A stretch of DNA of 64,000 nt from Chara braunii (lineage: Eukaryota > Plantae > Charophyceae): contig BFEA01000031.1 in assembly GCA_003427395.1 (NCBI GenBank), forward strand, positions 1,570,138-1,634,137. Direction: 5' to 3'. Both the position numbers and the translations under genes were made by a program. The notes under the pieces were generated by a model. The model worked only from the letters and a program-made list of their open reading frames with translations. It was not told the origin of the DNA and did no database searches. Position 1 is the first letter of the stretch. Every line of letters starts with the position of its first letter. Positions 62,550 through 64,000 of the stretch are shown one piece after another.

Positions 62550-63908
62550 GAGATTGAGAGAGACTGACCAGAGGGATGAGTGAAGACTCTTGAGAGGTGC
62601 TGACCATGCTTGCTTATATGTACTTTCTGAGATTGTTACGAGTTCTCATTCTTCCCTCAATCATCTTGTCTTTGTCTTGAGTCAGTCGGTCTTGATCTCC
62701 TTCTTGACATTGCTTGAAGGTTATGTTCTCGTTTGCTGATTATGTCACAGTTCTCAAAATTCCTAAATTGGCATCTCGATATACACATGGCATATTTAAT
62801 TTAATTTTCATTATCTGCATCATCATTGTTGTTCCGAATCACAATTAAAGATTCCTAAAATCGGGGTCCGGCGAAGACCGCAATTGAAGGGTCTCGCTCG
62901 AAGCCGGGCGCACACAACAGGAAGGGATTTGCTTTATTTAATTTATATTATTTATTGCAATCGCAACCAAAATCTTGCGTGACAGCCTGTTGGCTTTCCA
63001 GGTCGCCCGAAGTGGCTTGACTGGAAAAATGTGCGACAGCGGGGAGCGGGAGGGGGAGTAGGGGCAGGATGAGGAGTGGGAAGAGGAGCGTAGGAAGGAA
63101 GAGCGGGAGATTGGTGACAGGAGGAGAAGGGGAAAAATAACAATCTAGGAGGAGGACAATAAACTGAAAGGAGCACCAGGAGGCGAAGCAAAAGGATGAG
63201 TGGAAGGAGAAGGACACTGAACTCGCGGAAGAGCGCCAGGAAGCAGCGCTAGCGGAGGAGGGCATGAGAGGAACGAGACATGGAGGAGATGCCCGCAAGA
63301 GGAGGAGTCGATGAGCTGATGGAGGAGGACAGTGGAGGAGTGGGAGGAGGGGCAGGATAACTAATGGAACGAGGAGCGGTAGGGGGGAGGAAAGGAAGGA
63401 TGACGAAGAGGAGGACGGCAAGCGGAAAGATTGCACGAGTACCAGGATAAGTGAAAAGAGGAGGGGGAAGATAACGAGCGAAAGGAGGAGCAAGAGGAGT
63501 GGCAGGAGGCGGAATGTGATGAGGGAGGGAAGGACGACGTGCAAGAGGAGGCATGGGAGTAGTAGTAGTAGTAGTAGGAGGAACGGGTGCAAGAGGAGGG
63601 GGAGCGGGATGAGTAGGAGAAGGAACGGGAGAAAAAGGGGCAAGATGACGAGTTGGAGGAGTACAGTGACCGAGAGGACGAGGCGGACGGGGAGGACGAT
63701 GAGTGGCAGGAGAAGGTCAACTAAGGGGAGGAGGATATTTTTGTGTGGTTTCCTTTCTGCGCATTGCATCTTCGGATACAAGTACACAACAGCATGCGGT
63801 TTTGTCGCGGACTGCAAGGAGACCCGTGGCTGAACAATAGGAGGCTGACGGCCTCGAGGGCGAGGGTGAAGAACAGGAGGACGAAGAGTTTGATATATGT
63901 ATATTTAG

Positions 63909-64000
<92 letters not shown>

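Larger units (their letters stand above)
56879..63038 (+). mobile_element. LTR-like unit family A, copy 3 (6160 bp)
   Basis: TGGTAGGAGGCCTATCACCCCCCATGG...GTGCGACA. TATAAAA near 57255. Contains ORF-A, two ORF-B copies and ORF-C. Confidence 0.75.

Noticed and set aside
62948-63833. 289-aa Leu-rich minus ORF and overlapping ORFs
   Set aside because: Purine-rich low-complexity DNA. The ORF also crosses the element boundary at 63038.

Overview
Repeat-rich eukaryotic genomic DNA with microsatellites, N-gaps and plant-type snRNA and iMet-PBS sequences. The style is consistent with a streptophyte alga such as Chara, which is an inference. The one clear host gene is an intronless plant U-box E3 ligase ORF (26006-30070, +) with no ARM repeats. 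The rest is mostly mobile DNA: a decayed gag-only Ty3/Gypsy element (-), a truncated Gypsy 3' end with its LTR (-), several MITEs and a tRNA-derived SINE head. There are also a U6 copy and a U1 fragment. Two things stand out. (1) An array of nine interspaced RNA hairpins (12270-12962) has a conserved 17-nt core closed by stems that differ in sequence but stay base-paired, downstream of a TATA box. (2) Three diverged copies of a ~6-kb TG...CA-bounded, LTR-like unit (<1-5965, 48635-54431, 56879-63038) carry an ordered set of unknown protein genes conserved at amino-acid level. All alignments were done by eye; no database search was run.
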